Shown one piece after another: positions 50,587 through 58,913 of a DNA stretch of 64,000 nucleotides (its first letter is position 1; the number at the start of each line of letters is the position of its first letter). Made by a program: the position numbers and the translations under genes. The stretch lies in the IMG/VR virus record IMGVR_UViG_3300007609_000010, positions 18,492 through 82,491 of that record, one strand, 5' to 3'. This stretch comes from a virus. Below the pieces are notes generated by a model. The model searched no databases. It was given only the letters and a program-made list of their open reading frames with translations, and was not told the origin of the DNA.

Positions 50587-51395
50587 TAGTAACTGTCTAA
50601 ATGATCTATACCTAAAGTTTTTCTAAACTCTGGAGTAAAGGTACAATCTATTCTTAAACCGTATTCTTGTTCTTTAGATCCTTCGCCTCCGTGCCAATCT
50701 TGATCATTCCAAAAAGCAGCATTACTGTTAATGTAGTATTTGTTTTCTTCTTCTGGATCCCAAATATAAAACCCTCTTTTTGTACGGTAGCGTATATGTA
50801 TAAACTCATTATTGTGCGGACTATAACCTTGGTCGTCGCCATGTCTGCCGTCTAGGTCCCTGTGCTCGAATGCATGTCCGTTATGATCACAATGGAAGAA
50901 TATAACACGCCCAATCCGATCAATAATACTTTCATCAATGAGATTTTCCACCCAGCGAACCACTCCTGGAAAATATTGTTGTTCTTCAGTTGGAGCTCTT
51001 TCAGCATTACGTTCGTCCCAGCTTCCTTCTTCCCAGAGGAAATAATAAATGTAAGGATCGTTTGCTCCTAATGCACCTTTCAGGTATCTTGTAAACATAT
51101 TTCTTTGACGATAGTCCTTAAAATCTTTGGGAAATATTTCCATTCCGTGAACTTTAATAGGGTTGTCGTCTGGTAACTCTTGGAATTCTGCAAATGCCTT
51201 ATATATAGGTTTCCAATTAACAATATAACTCATATCGTCAAAGTTAAATCCGGGAGTCATCCAAGTTCCTTCTTTGGCATATTCTCTAGCCAGTGCAAAT
51301 CCTTTGCAGATTTCTGGATGCAATTTTTGAAATCCATCTATATCCAAATATTGGTCTAAGTTTATGTAAGGCTTACCGCCGATACCTTTTATCAT
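50586..51395 (-). CDS. 2OG-Fe(II) oxygenase-like protein
   Basis: GRVIFF...EHRD (HxD)...DWHG...LRID; start ATG 51395. Confidence 0.65.
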   Translation of the reverse strand: MIKGIGGKPYINLDQYLDIDGFQKLHPEICKGFALAREYAKEGTWMTPGFNFDDMSYIVNWKPIYKAFAEFQELPDDNPIKVHGMEIFPKDFKDYRQRNMFTRYLKGALGANDPYIYYFLWEEGSWDERNAERAPTEEQQYFPGVVRWVENLIDESIIDRIGRVIFFHCDHNGHAFEHRDLDGRHGDDQGYSPHNNEFIHIRYRTKRGFYIWDPEEENKYYINSNAAFWNDQDWHGGEGSKEQEYGLRIDCTFTPEFRKTLGIDHLDSY

Positions 51396-51400
51396 AAAGA

Positions 51401-51450
51401 TATTTATCAACATCAGTATTACAAAGAATACATATGATAACAGTTAAGTA
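51401..51450. promoter_or_regulatory. Divergent pair of late-like promoter motifs
   Basis: ATAAATA on the minus strand (51407-51401), 5 nt before ATG 51395; variant TTAAGTA on the plus strand (51444-51450), 5 nt before ATG 51456. Confidence 0.55.
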
Positions 51451-51455
51451 CATAT

Positions 51456-52112
51456 ATGTTTAATGGCAGAGAATATCTTTTATCTACAGCTCGTTGTTTA
51501 AAGTTAAATATAGAAGTACCGCATGAAGTAATGGCAATAGAAGCAAAGCGGCTAAGAGAAAAGTTTGTACCTTATAGAAGCACATATGTTACAAGTGGCT
51601 GGCATAGTTTACCTATTATTGGAAAATCTAGCACAGAGCCGTATGCTTGGAACTGTTACGAAGAATATTCGTCAGCTAGAGATGCCGCCTTTGATATGGA
51701 ATATACAGAAATAGCAGACTTGTGTCCGGTAACAACAAACTGGTTAAAAACGGTATACCCTAGTAATAGCTATGCAAGAGTAAGATTTATGTTATTAGAA
51801 CCAGGTGGATATATAGAACCTCACATCGATACTACTCATAGTGTTCTCGGAGCAATCAATATTGCGCTAACAAACCCCCAAGACTGTGTTTGGCACTGGA
51901 AAGACGGATCTACGGTAAACTTCAATCCTGGCGATGCTTATGCAATGAATCTCAGCTACGAACACAGTGTAAAAAACAACAGTAACCAAGACAGATATCA
52001 TTTAATCGTGCATCATTACGACAGTACTGATGAATGGAAACAGTTAATGATAGATGCACTAGAGGAATCAAATGAACAAGGTCAGTTTCTTTTTAGTACC
52101 GAGCTTTTCTAG
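51456..52112 (+). CDS. 2OG-Fe(II) oxygenase, aspartyl/asparaginyl beta-hydroxylase-like
   Basis: GWHSL, CPVT, RVRFMLLEPGGYIEPHID (HxD), HSVKNNSNQDRYHLIVH. Confidence 0.85.
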   Translation: MFNGREYLLSTARCLKLNIEVPHEVMAIEAKRLREKFVPYRSTYVTSGWHSLPIIGKSSTEPYAWNCYEEYSSARDAAFDMEYTEIADLCPVTTNWLKTVYPSNSYARVRFMLLEPGGYIEPHIDTTHSVLGAINIALTNPQDCVWHWKDGSTVNFNPGDAYAMNLSYEHSVKNNSNQDRYHLIVHHYDSTDEWKQLMIDALEESNEQGQFLFSTELF

Positions 52113-53325
52113 CAGTAAATGGTTAAACGACAAAATGATGAGAATAACCAAAAGATTTTTGGCAACTCTCAATATGTCGGGTTATCCAGTACATGAAATA
52201 GCAGATTATCATGACCTAAATAAGTATTTAGAAATATACGATTATCTCATAGTAGTAACAGCAGGTAACATAATCATAGAACGAGATCATCTATGGAAAA
52301 AAATACACGAGATTGATGAGAATATTGGCCTCATGGGAAATCTATTGCAGCACGGTGACGAGACTCCGTGGATGCACGAACAGTTCTTTATTATAAACAC
52401 ACAAGCATTTACAAAGTTAGATTTTTCTACCGGCGAAACCAAAAGTTGGGAAATACTGCGAAGTACAGAAGACATGCATGACGGTCATGCTCCGTTGTAT
52501 TTTACCTTAGGCGAAAACAAAGTAACACGACAAGATGCCTTTGGAACCAAACTTATAGAACATTGTCTTCTAAATGGCTATAGTACCAGCAACTGGGATA
52601 TGGATTGGAGATATCCTCCGCACCTAAATGAATATATTTTAGATGTTAGGTTGCCTAGCAGAGGATTTTGTTATCCCACAAGAGCCACTAAGGCATTTGA
52701 ATATGCTTTAAAAAACATCACAATGGTGCCAGGACTAGACGAAGCGCAAAGTGTTTTAATGGATGCTCTTATTAAAGCCAAGCAGATGAATCTAATAAAT
52801 GTTTGGCATTATGAACAAGCAATATTAGACGAATCAGTAGATACAGTAATAGTTCCAGCTACAGGATTTTTAGCAGAAACATTTGCGTTAATAGGTAACG
52901 CAAAAAAAATTGTATTTTATGATAAAAACAAAAACAATATCCACTTTAAGAGAACCTTATATGAAGAATGGGACGGTATAGACTACGATGCTTTTGCTAA
53001 AGAATATGCTGATGTAAATAATCTCAGTACAGAGCCTGTGTTTGAAATAGATGCGGTTAGAGCAAAAAAACTTAGTACTATAATCACTGAACGAGTATTT
53101 ACAGACTGGGAAGACTGGAAAAATAGTAGAGAGTTTTTGTTTTTAGATTGTGATGTTATAACAGAAACTGATGTTTTGTTAAAACAAGCATGCGGTAGAA
53201 CAGTATTACAGACCAGCACAATATTTTCGGTATATCCCTGGACTGAAATATTTTACGAATCTAATGTTATAGAACAAGCAGAAGAAAAAATAAAGGAATC
53301 AAATGTCATATGGATACAAGCATAG
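52072..53325 (+). CDS. Hypothetical two-domain protein
   Basis: 417-aa ORF overlapping both neighbours. N-half motifs HEQFFIIN and RSTEDMHDGHAP; C-half Rossmann-like 'VIVPATG...IVFYD'. Confidence 0.6.
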   Translation: MNKVSFFLVPSFSSSKWLNDKMMRITKRFLATLNMSGYPVHEIADYHDLNKYLEIYDYLIVVTAGNIIIERDHLWKKIHEIDENIGLMGNLLQHGDETPWMHEQFFIINTQAFTKLDFSTGETKSWEILRSTEDMHDGHAPLYFTLGENKVTRQDAFGTKLIEHCLLNGYSTSNWDMDWRYPPHLNEYILDVRLPSRGFCYPTRATKAFEYALKNITMVPGLDEAQSVLMDALIKAKQMNLINVWHYEQAILDESVDTVIVPATGFLAETFALIGNAKKIVFYDKNKNNIHFKRTLYEEWDGIDYDAFAKEYADVNNLSTEPVFEIDAVRAKKLSTIITERVFTDWEDWKNSREFLFLDCDVITETDVLLKQACGRTVLQTSTIFSVYPWTEIFYESNVIEQAEEKIKESNVIWIQA

Positions 53326-54011
53326 ATTTTGAATATTACTACAATAATGTTCCTGAAAAAGGGTTATGTAGAAATAATCTAATATACACCAGTCTTGTTA
53401 ATAAAGACAAAACAATGTTTTGTAAATGGTACCACAATGATACACAATATCACCAAGGAATGAATGAAGTAGTTGACATTGCTAAGATGCAGGAAAAATG
53501 GGAGCGAGAGCTAAAGTATTTTACCATTATGCAAGAACATTATCCTCAGCATGTTCCGAACATTATAGAAATAGACAGAGAAAACAAAAAAATATTTTTC
53601 GAAATACAAGGTGCTGACATGTGGGAACAAGCAGGGTGTACAGGTTTAGATTATACTTCTGTGCTAAGAGACTGGCAAGATCAGATGCTAGAGATTTTAC
53701 AAGCACATAAAGATTTAGGCCTTTACAAATATAGTCTACATCCTAGTAGTTATTTTGTTGTAGATGGTAAGCTTAAAAGTATCAACTATTTTTTTACTTA
53801 CCATAAAAACGAGCAAAAAATAAATGTCAGAAGTCACTTAAGCCATATTAGTCATTCTAGAAGAGAAAAATTATTCCCCCAAATGGAAGCTATGGGTATT
53901 GACTTAGATGCTCCCCAGGAATGGAATAAGTTACAGATATTATGCTTTGAAAGTTTTTCTAATAATTATTCTAGAGATTTTATAGATAAGGCAGTATCAC
54001 TGTATGTATAA
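53310..54011 (+). CDS. Degenerate protein-kinase-like fold protein
   Basis: 'FCKWY', 'WERELKYF', 'VPNIIEID', 'GLYKYSLHPSSYFVVDGKLKSINYF'; paralogue of 47719. Confidence 0.5.
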   Translation: MDTSIDFEYYYNNVPEKGLCRNNLIYTSLVNKDKTMFCKWYHNDTQYHQGMNEVVDIAKMQEKWERELKYFTIMQEHYPQHVPNIIEIDRENKKIFFEIQGADMWEQAGCTGLDYTSVLRDWQDQMLEILQAHKDLGLYKYSLHPSSYFVVDGKLKSINYFFTYHKNEQKINVRSHLSHISHSRREKLFPQMEAMGIDLDAPQEWNKLQILCFESFSNNYSRDFIDKAVSLYV

Positions 54012-54558
54012 AATAATTCCTTTCTCTGATGATTTAGACCTAGAAATATTTTATCGAAAAGCTAAAGGAAAAGGATTTATTAATAATGCATCTAAACACA
54101 TGCTGGTAGACTGTTTCAAGAAAGAAAGGAAACATCAAACATGGATTCTATATTACAATAATAATCCTGTAGGATCAGTAGCCGCACATTCTTTTGACGA
54201 AATGGGAAAGAACAGTTATAGAATAGCCGCAAGAACCTGTGTACTAACAGATGAAATACCAACACCGACACTGAGAACTCGAAACCAAATAGTTACCCAA
54301 CAGCATGTTACTGGTCAATTTTTAATACCAGCATGCATAGAATGGGCAGGCAAGAAAAATAACTTATATATCACTTCAAATAACCTAGAAGGCGGAAGTC
54401 AACGATTGGTACACAATGTTTATTTTCCTGCAATGGTAAAGACTGGTCAAGCAGAAGAAATCTGCGAAATGGAGTATAGGGGTACTTGGCAAACAGTTTG
54501 GAAGTTAGATGTAAAAAAATTTTATCAAACGTTAAATGCCCATCCTAGATGGGCATAA
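54004..54558 (+). CDS. Putative GNAT-fold acyltransferase
   Basis: 184 aa; 'WILYYNNNPVGSVAAH...YRIAARTCV...LIPACIEWA...LYITSN' fits GNAT strand/helix order. Confidence 0.5.
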   Translation: MYKIIPFSDDLDLEIFYRKAKGKGFINNASKHMLVDCFKKERKHQTWILYYNNNPVGSVAAHSFDEMGKNSYRIAARTCVLTDEIPTPTLRTRNQIVTQQHVTGQFLIPACIEWAGKKNNLYITSNNLEGGSQRLVHNVYFPAMVKTGQAEEICEMEYRGTWQTVWKLDVKKFYQTLNAHPRWA

Positions 54559-54560
54559 TA

Positions 54561-57293
54561 TTATAGATTTGCTATTCTAGTTTGGAAGTCTGCAAAATCT
54601 GTACTAGCTGCAACAACATTCTTAAGTTCTACAACACTAATATAGTCTGACAATCCTGTTGTATTAGCATTTGTAAAGTCTACAGTGGTGCCTGACACAA
54701 AGTCAACAGTGTTAGAACCACTTCCTAGTGTAACTGTGCCGCTTGTGCTGTTACCTATTTGAATATTAGCTCCTGCCCCGCCTTGTATTTGTACACCTCT
54801 ATTAGAGCCTAGTGTCATTGCAGTAGCATCATTCATTGAAATATAATGCACACCTAGTGTTGTGTTGATAACATTAATGCCTTCAATATTGTTTCCATTT
54901 AGCTCAATGTCACTCTGTGTATCAATTTCACCAACAATCTTGTTGTTTACACCGTCTACTAACAGTGTGCTATTATCGCCAAACACACTACCTGTTACAT
55001 CACCATCTAGAGAAGTAGCAGTTCCGCCACCGCTCACAGTGGTCCATGAAGTATTGCCTGAACCGTCTGTGGTTAATACCTGTCCTGCAGATCCGTCAGC
55101 TGTTGGAAGTGCAAATGCGCCAGTGATTTCTAAACCACCTGTTATAAGAGTCTCTGATCCTAGTGTCCACTTGTCTACAGAATCGTCATAAACAAATGAA
55201 ACAGCAGATTCAGTACCCCTGTCAATTTCAATGCCTGCGGTGCCTAGCGTAATACCCGCTCCTGATTCACCTTGGTTTAGAACAATTAGATTGTCTTTAA
55301 TTGTTGTGTTATTAGAATCTACTGCTGTAGTTGTTCCCTGAACTGTTAAGTTACCGGTAATTAGCACATCACCGTCGACATCTAAATTAGCAAGAGCATC
55401 GTGTGTAGCAGATCTTCCTATAGATACCCAGCCTTTACGGTTAACCGTAAGTCCTTCTGGTGTTAAAGGGTTTCCGTCTGCAAAGTTAACCAAACTGAGT
55501 TGTGTTGGAACATCTCCACTAGTAATTGTGCCATTTGGATCAACCTGCATGACCAAAGCGCCCGATAGTGCATACTGTGTTCCGTCATACGGTTGTGCAA
55601 GGATTACATTAAGCAAGTCGCCATTTTGTACCGCCGCCGGACTGTCAATACTTCCTCTACTTGTTTCATAAGATATACCAGGTGCGCTAGCACCGTCAGT
55701 TAAACCAGTAGTAATATGACTAATAGATGCAATATTAGAATATTGCCTAATAACAGGAGTGCTTGTTGCTCTATCTATGCCATCTATGATTAATTCGCTG
55801 CTGTTGGATTTTATAGATGATGCATCTAGTAATATAGAACCGTTTGATATAGTATTATTAATTGCATCTATTATTGTTGTCGAATCGTCGGCAAAAAGTG
55901 ATCCTTTTACATCGCCGCTAATTAGTCCTGTAAATAATGCATCTCCATTCACGTCTAAAACAGCTTGTGCATCTTCGTCACTGGCCCTGCCAATAGTGAT
56001 CCATCCTCTGCGATCCACATATAATCCTTGCGGAGTTGTAGCATCGCCGTCTTCAAATGTAACTAAAGCAATTTGCCCAGGCACATTGTCATTACTATCT
56101 ACAATTATACCATTTGGGTCAATCATCTGAACTAAAGCAGATGATAAAATATAATCAGATCCGTCATATGCTGTTGCAGCTACTAATGCTAAGATATCAC
56201 TAGGTTCTACAGTCTCTGGAGAATCTACAGATCCTCTACTAATTCTATATGAGATTCCTGAGGCTTCTGCTCCTGCGGTAATGCCAGTTACATTGTAATT
56301 TGTTCCTGATCTGTCTACAACGTGATTTATAAATGGAGAGTTATTCGCTGATCTAGCTTCAATAGTAAGATCAAAATCTGCTTGTATGGAATTTGATATT
56401 GTAATTGCTTCTGTGGTAATTATATCAATGGATACTTCCCCTGTAGAAGCATCAAATAATATAGATGAATCTTCGGCAACAATATTTCCTTTGAAACTGT
56501 CTGCTACAACTTGTCCGGTAAATATGCCAGGCCCGTCTACATCTAGATCTTTTAGATAAGCTGCTTCCCATCTAAATAATTCGCCTTTTCCTTCCGGTTG
56601 TACTGGATCGATTGTTTCTGGAAAGTCAGAAATGCCACCTAGTGAAAGTTTTGTTCTAGTGTCGAATGCGCCGCCTTTCCCGCCAATAATTGTTATATAA
56701 GGATCAGCACCGCCTGTATCTGTAATTTCAAGTTTTCTAGTAGTGTCAACTACACCTTCGTCTAGTACTCCTTGCAAACTTACAACATCTTGTGGGATCG
56801 TAGCGTCCAAAATTGGATTATATGCAGGAAAAGTAAGGCTTAATGAATCTGTTTCAAGATTTCCTACGTGTAGTTTATCTCCATTTACAGAAATTGTTGT
56901 ATCGACGTTACTACCAAGAAAACTTATATTGCCGTCAACTACAGGACTAACTACTGTTCCGTTTATACCGTCAATTAATTTAGTAGAATCATCTGCAAAT
57001 ACAGATCCGGTTAGATCTGCTGTAATACTTGTTACTGTCAGCGCATCTGTACTAGAGTCATAAATTACCTTTGAATCTTCTCCTAATAGATTAAATCCGT
57101 TCAGAGGCAGATCCGCCGTAATTTCCAATGCACCGACCTCGAGGTCTCCAGAACCAGATAATTGATTGCCGCCGACTGTGGTACCATCACCTATGTATAG
57201 CTTTTGAGTGTCTGTAACATAGATTGGCTCGCCTTCGGCCGGGGTAATAGTTAAACGCTCTTGCTCTGTGCCACGTCTTAATCGTAAAGGCAT
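54561..57293 (-). CDS. Tail fibre/receptor-binding protein with Mtd/hyaluronidase-like N-terminus and internal duplications
   Basis: MPLRLRRGT...PAEGEPIYVTDTQKLYIGDGTTVGG; four GS(V/L)FADDST-type repeats; LPTADGSAGQVLTTDGSG; AGGAG RBS. Confidence 0.75.
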   Translation of the reverse strand: MPLRLRRGTEQERLTITPAEGEPIYVTDTQKLYIGDGTTVGGNQLSGSGDLEVGALEITADLPLNGFNLLGEDSKVIYDSSTDALTVTSITADLTGSVFADDSTKLIDGINGTVVSPVVDGNISFLGSNVDTTISVNGDKLHVGNLETDSLSLTFPAYNPILDATIPQDVVSLQGVLDEGVVDTTRKLEITDTGGADPYITIIGGKGGAFDTRTKLSLGGISDFPETIDPVQPEGKGELFRWEAAYLKDLDVDGPGIFTGQVVADSFKGNIVAEDSSILFDASTGEVSIDIITTEAITISNSIQADFDLTIEARSANNSPFINHVVDRSGTNYNVTGITAGAEASGISYRISRGSVDSPETVEPSDILALVAATAYDGSDYILSSALVQMIDPNGIIVDSNDNVPGQIALVTFEDGDATTPQGLYVDRRGWITIGRASDEDAQAVLDVNGDALFTGLISGDVKGSLFADDSTTIIDAINNTISNGSILLDASSIKSNSSELIIDGIDRATSTPVIRQYSNIASISHITTGLTDGASAPGISYETSRGSIDSPAAVQNGDLLNVILAQPYDGTQYALSGALVMQVDPNGTITSGDVPTQLSLVNFADGNPLTPEGLTVNRKGWVSIGRSATHDALANLDVDGDVLITGNLTVQGTTTAVDSNNTTIKDNLIVLNQGESGAGITLGTAGIEIDRGTESAVSFVYDDSVDKWTLGSETLITGGLEITGAFALPTADGSAGQVLTTDGSGNTSWTTVSGGGTATSLDGDVTGSVFGDNSTLLVDGVNNKIVGEIDTQSDIELNGNNIEGINVINTTLGVHYISMNDATAMTLGSNRGVQIQGGAGANIQIGNSTSGTVTLGSGSNTVDFVSGTTVDFTNANTTGLSDYISVVELKNVVAASTDFADFQTRIANL

Positions 57294-57323
57294 ATTGATA
57301 ACTCCTGACAGTATATTATACTG

Positions 57324-57330
57324 TATTTAT
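57324..57330 (-). promoter_or_regulatory. T4-late-like promoter motif (ATAAATA)
   Basis: Upstream of the fibre gene RBS, followed by the palindrome ACAGTATA-A-TATACTGT. Confidence 0.6.
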
Positions 57331-57333
57331 GCC

Positions 57334-57651
57334 TTATTTGAGTTTTTTCATGAATGACTTAGTACGTTTTTGAATATCAAACTTAACTTTAGGAGTGTCT
57401 ATGCTGAAATCTATGCTTTTAATGTGGTTGTCGTACTCGGAAAAGAACTCTTCAAGCGACTCTTCCAGTGAAGCAGTATTTTGATACTTGTTTCTTTCTT
57501 TTCGGACGTCAATGGTAAACAGTTTTCCACTGTGAAAGAACACGTGGATACTGTTGATATAATCGATTGGCACGGATTTGATTTCAATATCATCGAAAAC
57601 TTCCGGCCAATGTTCGATTATTTCTGGTGGGAGTTTATTCTGTTTGCTCAC
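57334..57651 (-). CDS. Hypothetical protein
   Basis: Probable GTG start at 57651 (VSKQNKLPPEIIEHWPEVF), overlapping the upstream gene. Confidence 0.65.
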   Translation of the reverse strand: MSKQNKLPPEIIEHWPEVFDDIEIKSVPIDYINSIHVFFHSGKLFTIDVRKERNKYQNTASLEESLEEFFSEYDNHIKSIDFSIDTPKVKFDIQKRTKSFMKKLK

Positions 57652-58240
57652 TCTTTGTTTTCTTTTTTGTTGGAGCAAGTTCTTCCGCCTGTTCTCTCAG
57701 TCTTTTGGCTTCTTTGAACATGGCGTCAGCTTGCGATCTATACTGTCTAGCCAAGTCCTCATCCGTAAGTACACCGTCGGTTGCAGGAGCAACTGCGGGT
57801 TCAACAGCAATTTCTTCTGCTGTTTCTGCTGGAGCAGTTTGAGTAGTTGTGGTATCAGCCATTGCAAGATCTGCTACAGTAACACCCATTTGTTGCGCAA
57901 TCATCTCGTTGAGTTCATTTAGCGCAATAGTGGTTGTGTTGTTCGGAATCATTTCCACGTCACTGGTAGCATGTTTCATCATTTTACCAGTTGTGTGAAA
58001 GGCCGCAAGCATGTTGCGACCGTCCGGTAGAGTAGACCTTGATAGCACCGGAGCAAGCTCATTGGCTTCCTGCCCTGCGTGTGATTCAATCACTTTCATT
58101 AGAGCGTCATGCTCGTCTGCTGAAAGTGTTTCTGTTGTAATCACAACACAGTTTTCGGGCTCGCCCGGTACTACGCGATAAGCAACAACTACACGTCTCT
58201 TACTCTTAATGAGTCTTCCGACATGCTTTATGTTTACCAT
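57635..58240 (-). CDS. Hypothetical protein
   Basis: Start ATG 58240 (MVNIKHVG), just after the upstream stop; acidic linker and C-terminal coiled coil. Confidence 0.7.
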   Translation of the reverse strand: MVNIKHVGRLIKSKRRVVVAYRVVPGEPENCVVITTETLSADEHDALMKVIESHAGQEANELAPVLSRSTLPDGRNMLAAFHTTGKMMKHATSDVEMIPNNTTTIALNELNEMIAQQMGVTVADLAMADTTTTQTAPAETAEEIAVEPAVAPATDGVLTDEDLARQYRSQADAMFKEAKRLREQAEELAPTKKKTKSEQTE

Positions 58241-58244
58241 TGCC

Positions 58245-58577
58245 TTATCCTTGTGCTTGAGCTTGTTCCTGCTCTTGCGGTTGATTCTGTTGTGAAGCGG
58301 CGATTGCAGCCAAGAACTGCTCCAGCTTCGTATAAGTTGCACCCACTGTGGTCATTTCGTTAGGACGGAATGCACCACGCTGACTTGCAACGTCGATGAT
58401 TACTTTAAGTGCTTGTAGGTCTTGTACAGTTAGATCTGCAACACCTGCTTGCTCACCTGCTGTTGTAGCCTGTGCGTCTGCAACCTGCTCTTCGGCAGAG
58501 TTTTTCATTTGCTCTTCCATTGTGGTATCTCCAATTGTTGGTTCTTCAAAAGTGCTTTCTTCAGTTTTGTCTGTCAT
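58245..58577 (-). CDS. Hypothetical protein
   Basis: GAGGAG RBS; core 'LTVQDLQALKVIIDVASQRGAFRPNEM..VG..Y.KL'. Confidence 0.75.
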   Translation of the reverse strand: MTDKTEESTFEEPTIGDTTMEEQMKNSAEEQVADAQATTAGEQAGVADLTVQDLQALKVIIDVASQRGAFRPNEMTTVGATYTKLEQFLAAIAASQQNQPQEQEQAQAQG

Positions 58578-58616
58578 GTAAAGTCTCCTCTGACATATAT
58601 AATTATCAACTAATTA

Positions 58617-58913
58617 TTAGTTGTATTTTAAATATGGACAAGCTAGCAGGAAGTAACTTAATTCTTTACTGTCCTCAAATCCTATCCTTACTCCTCTAGA
58701 CACAGTGTTATTTTTGTCTAGTTCCACTGATTGGCCGATGTAGTATCGGCTTTTCAGATTAGTTTCAACCCATTTTTCTATAGCATCTTTGATATTGTAA
58801 TTATATTCTATGTTGCTATACTCAAAATGTTCTGGCGGATAAGATACTTTTCTTATGCCAAACACATTGTACGGGTTTACATCAAATGTTACGTTAAGCG
58901 GCTGATTCTTCAT
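58617..58913 (-). CDS. Hypothetical protein
   Basis: 98 aa; overlaps the vWA gene stop and is co-oriented with it. Confidence 0.65.
   Translation of the reverse strand: MKNQPLNVTFDVNPYNVFGIRKVSYPPEHFEYSNIEYNYNIKDAIEKWVETNLKSRYYIGQSVELDKNNTVSRGVRIGFEDSKELSYFLLACPYLKYN

Noticed and set aside
27833-54558. RiPP cluster with a small precursor peptide
   Set aside because: Genes abut or overlap, leaving almost no room for a precursor ORF. No peptidase, exporter or RRE-like domain was recognised, and the 116-aa first gene looks globular.
27833-54558. Bacterial chromosomal DNA mis-joined to a phage contig
   Set aside because: The island uses the same nTAAATA motif as the structural genes, shares a repeat type with the giant virion protein, has phage-like gene packing, and contains no housekeeping genes.
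54561-57293. Diversity-generating retroelement target, suggested by the Mtd-like N-terminus
   Set aside because: No reverse transcriptase in the window, and no near-identical repeat pair differing only at adenines was seen. The internal duplication is old and diverged.
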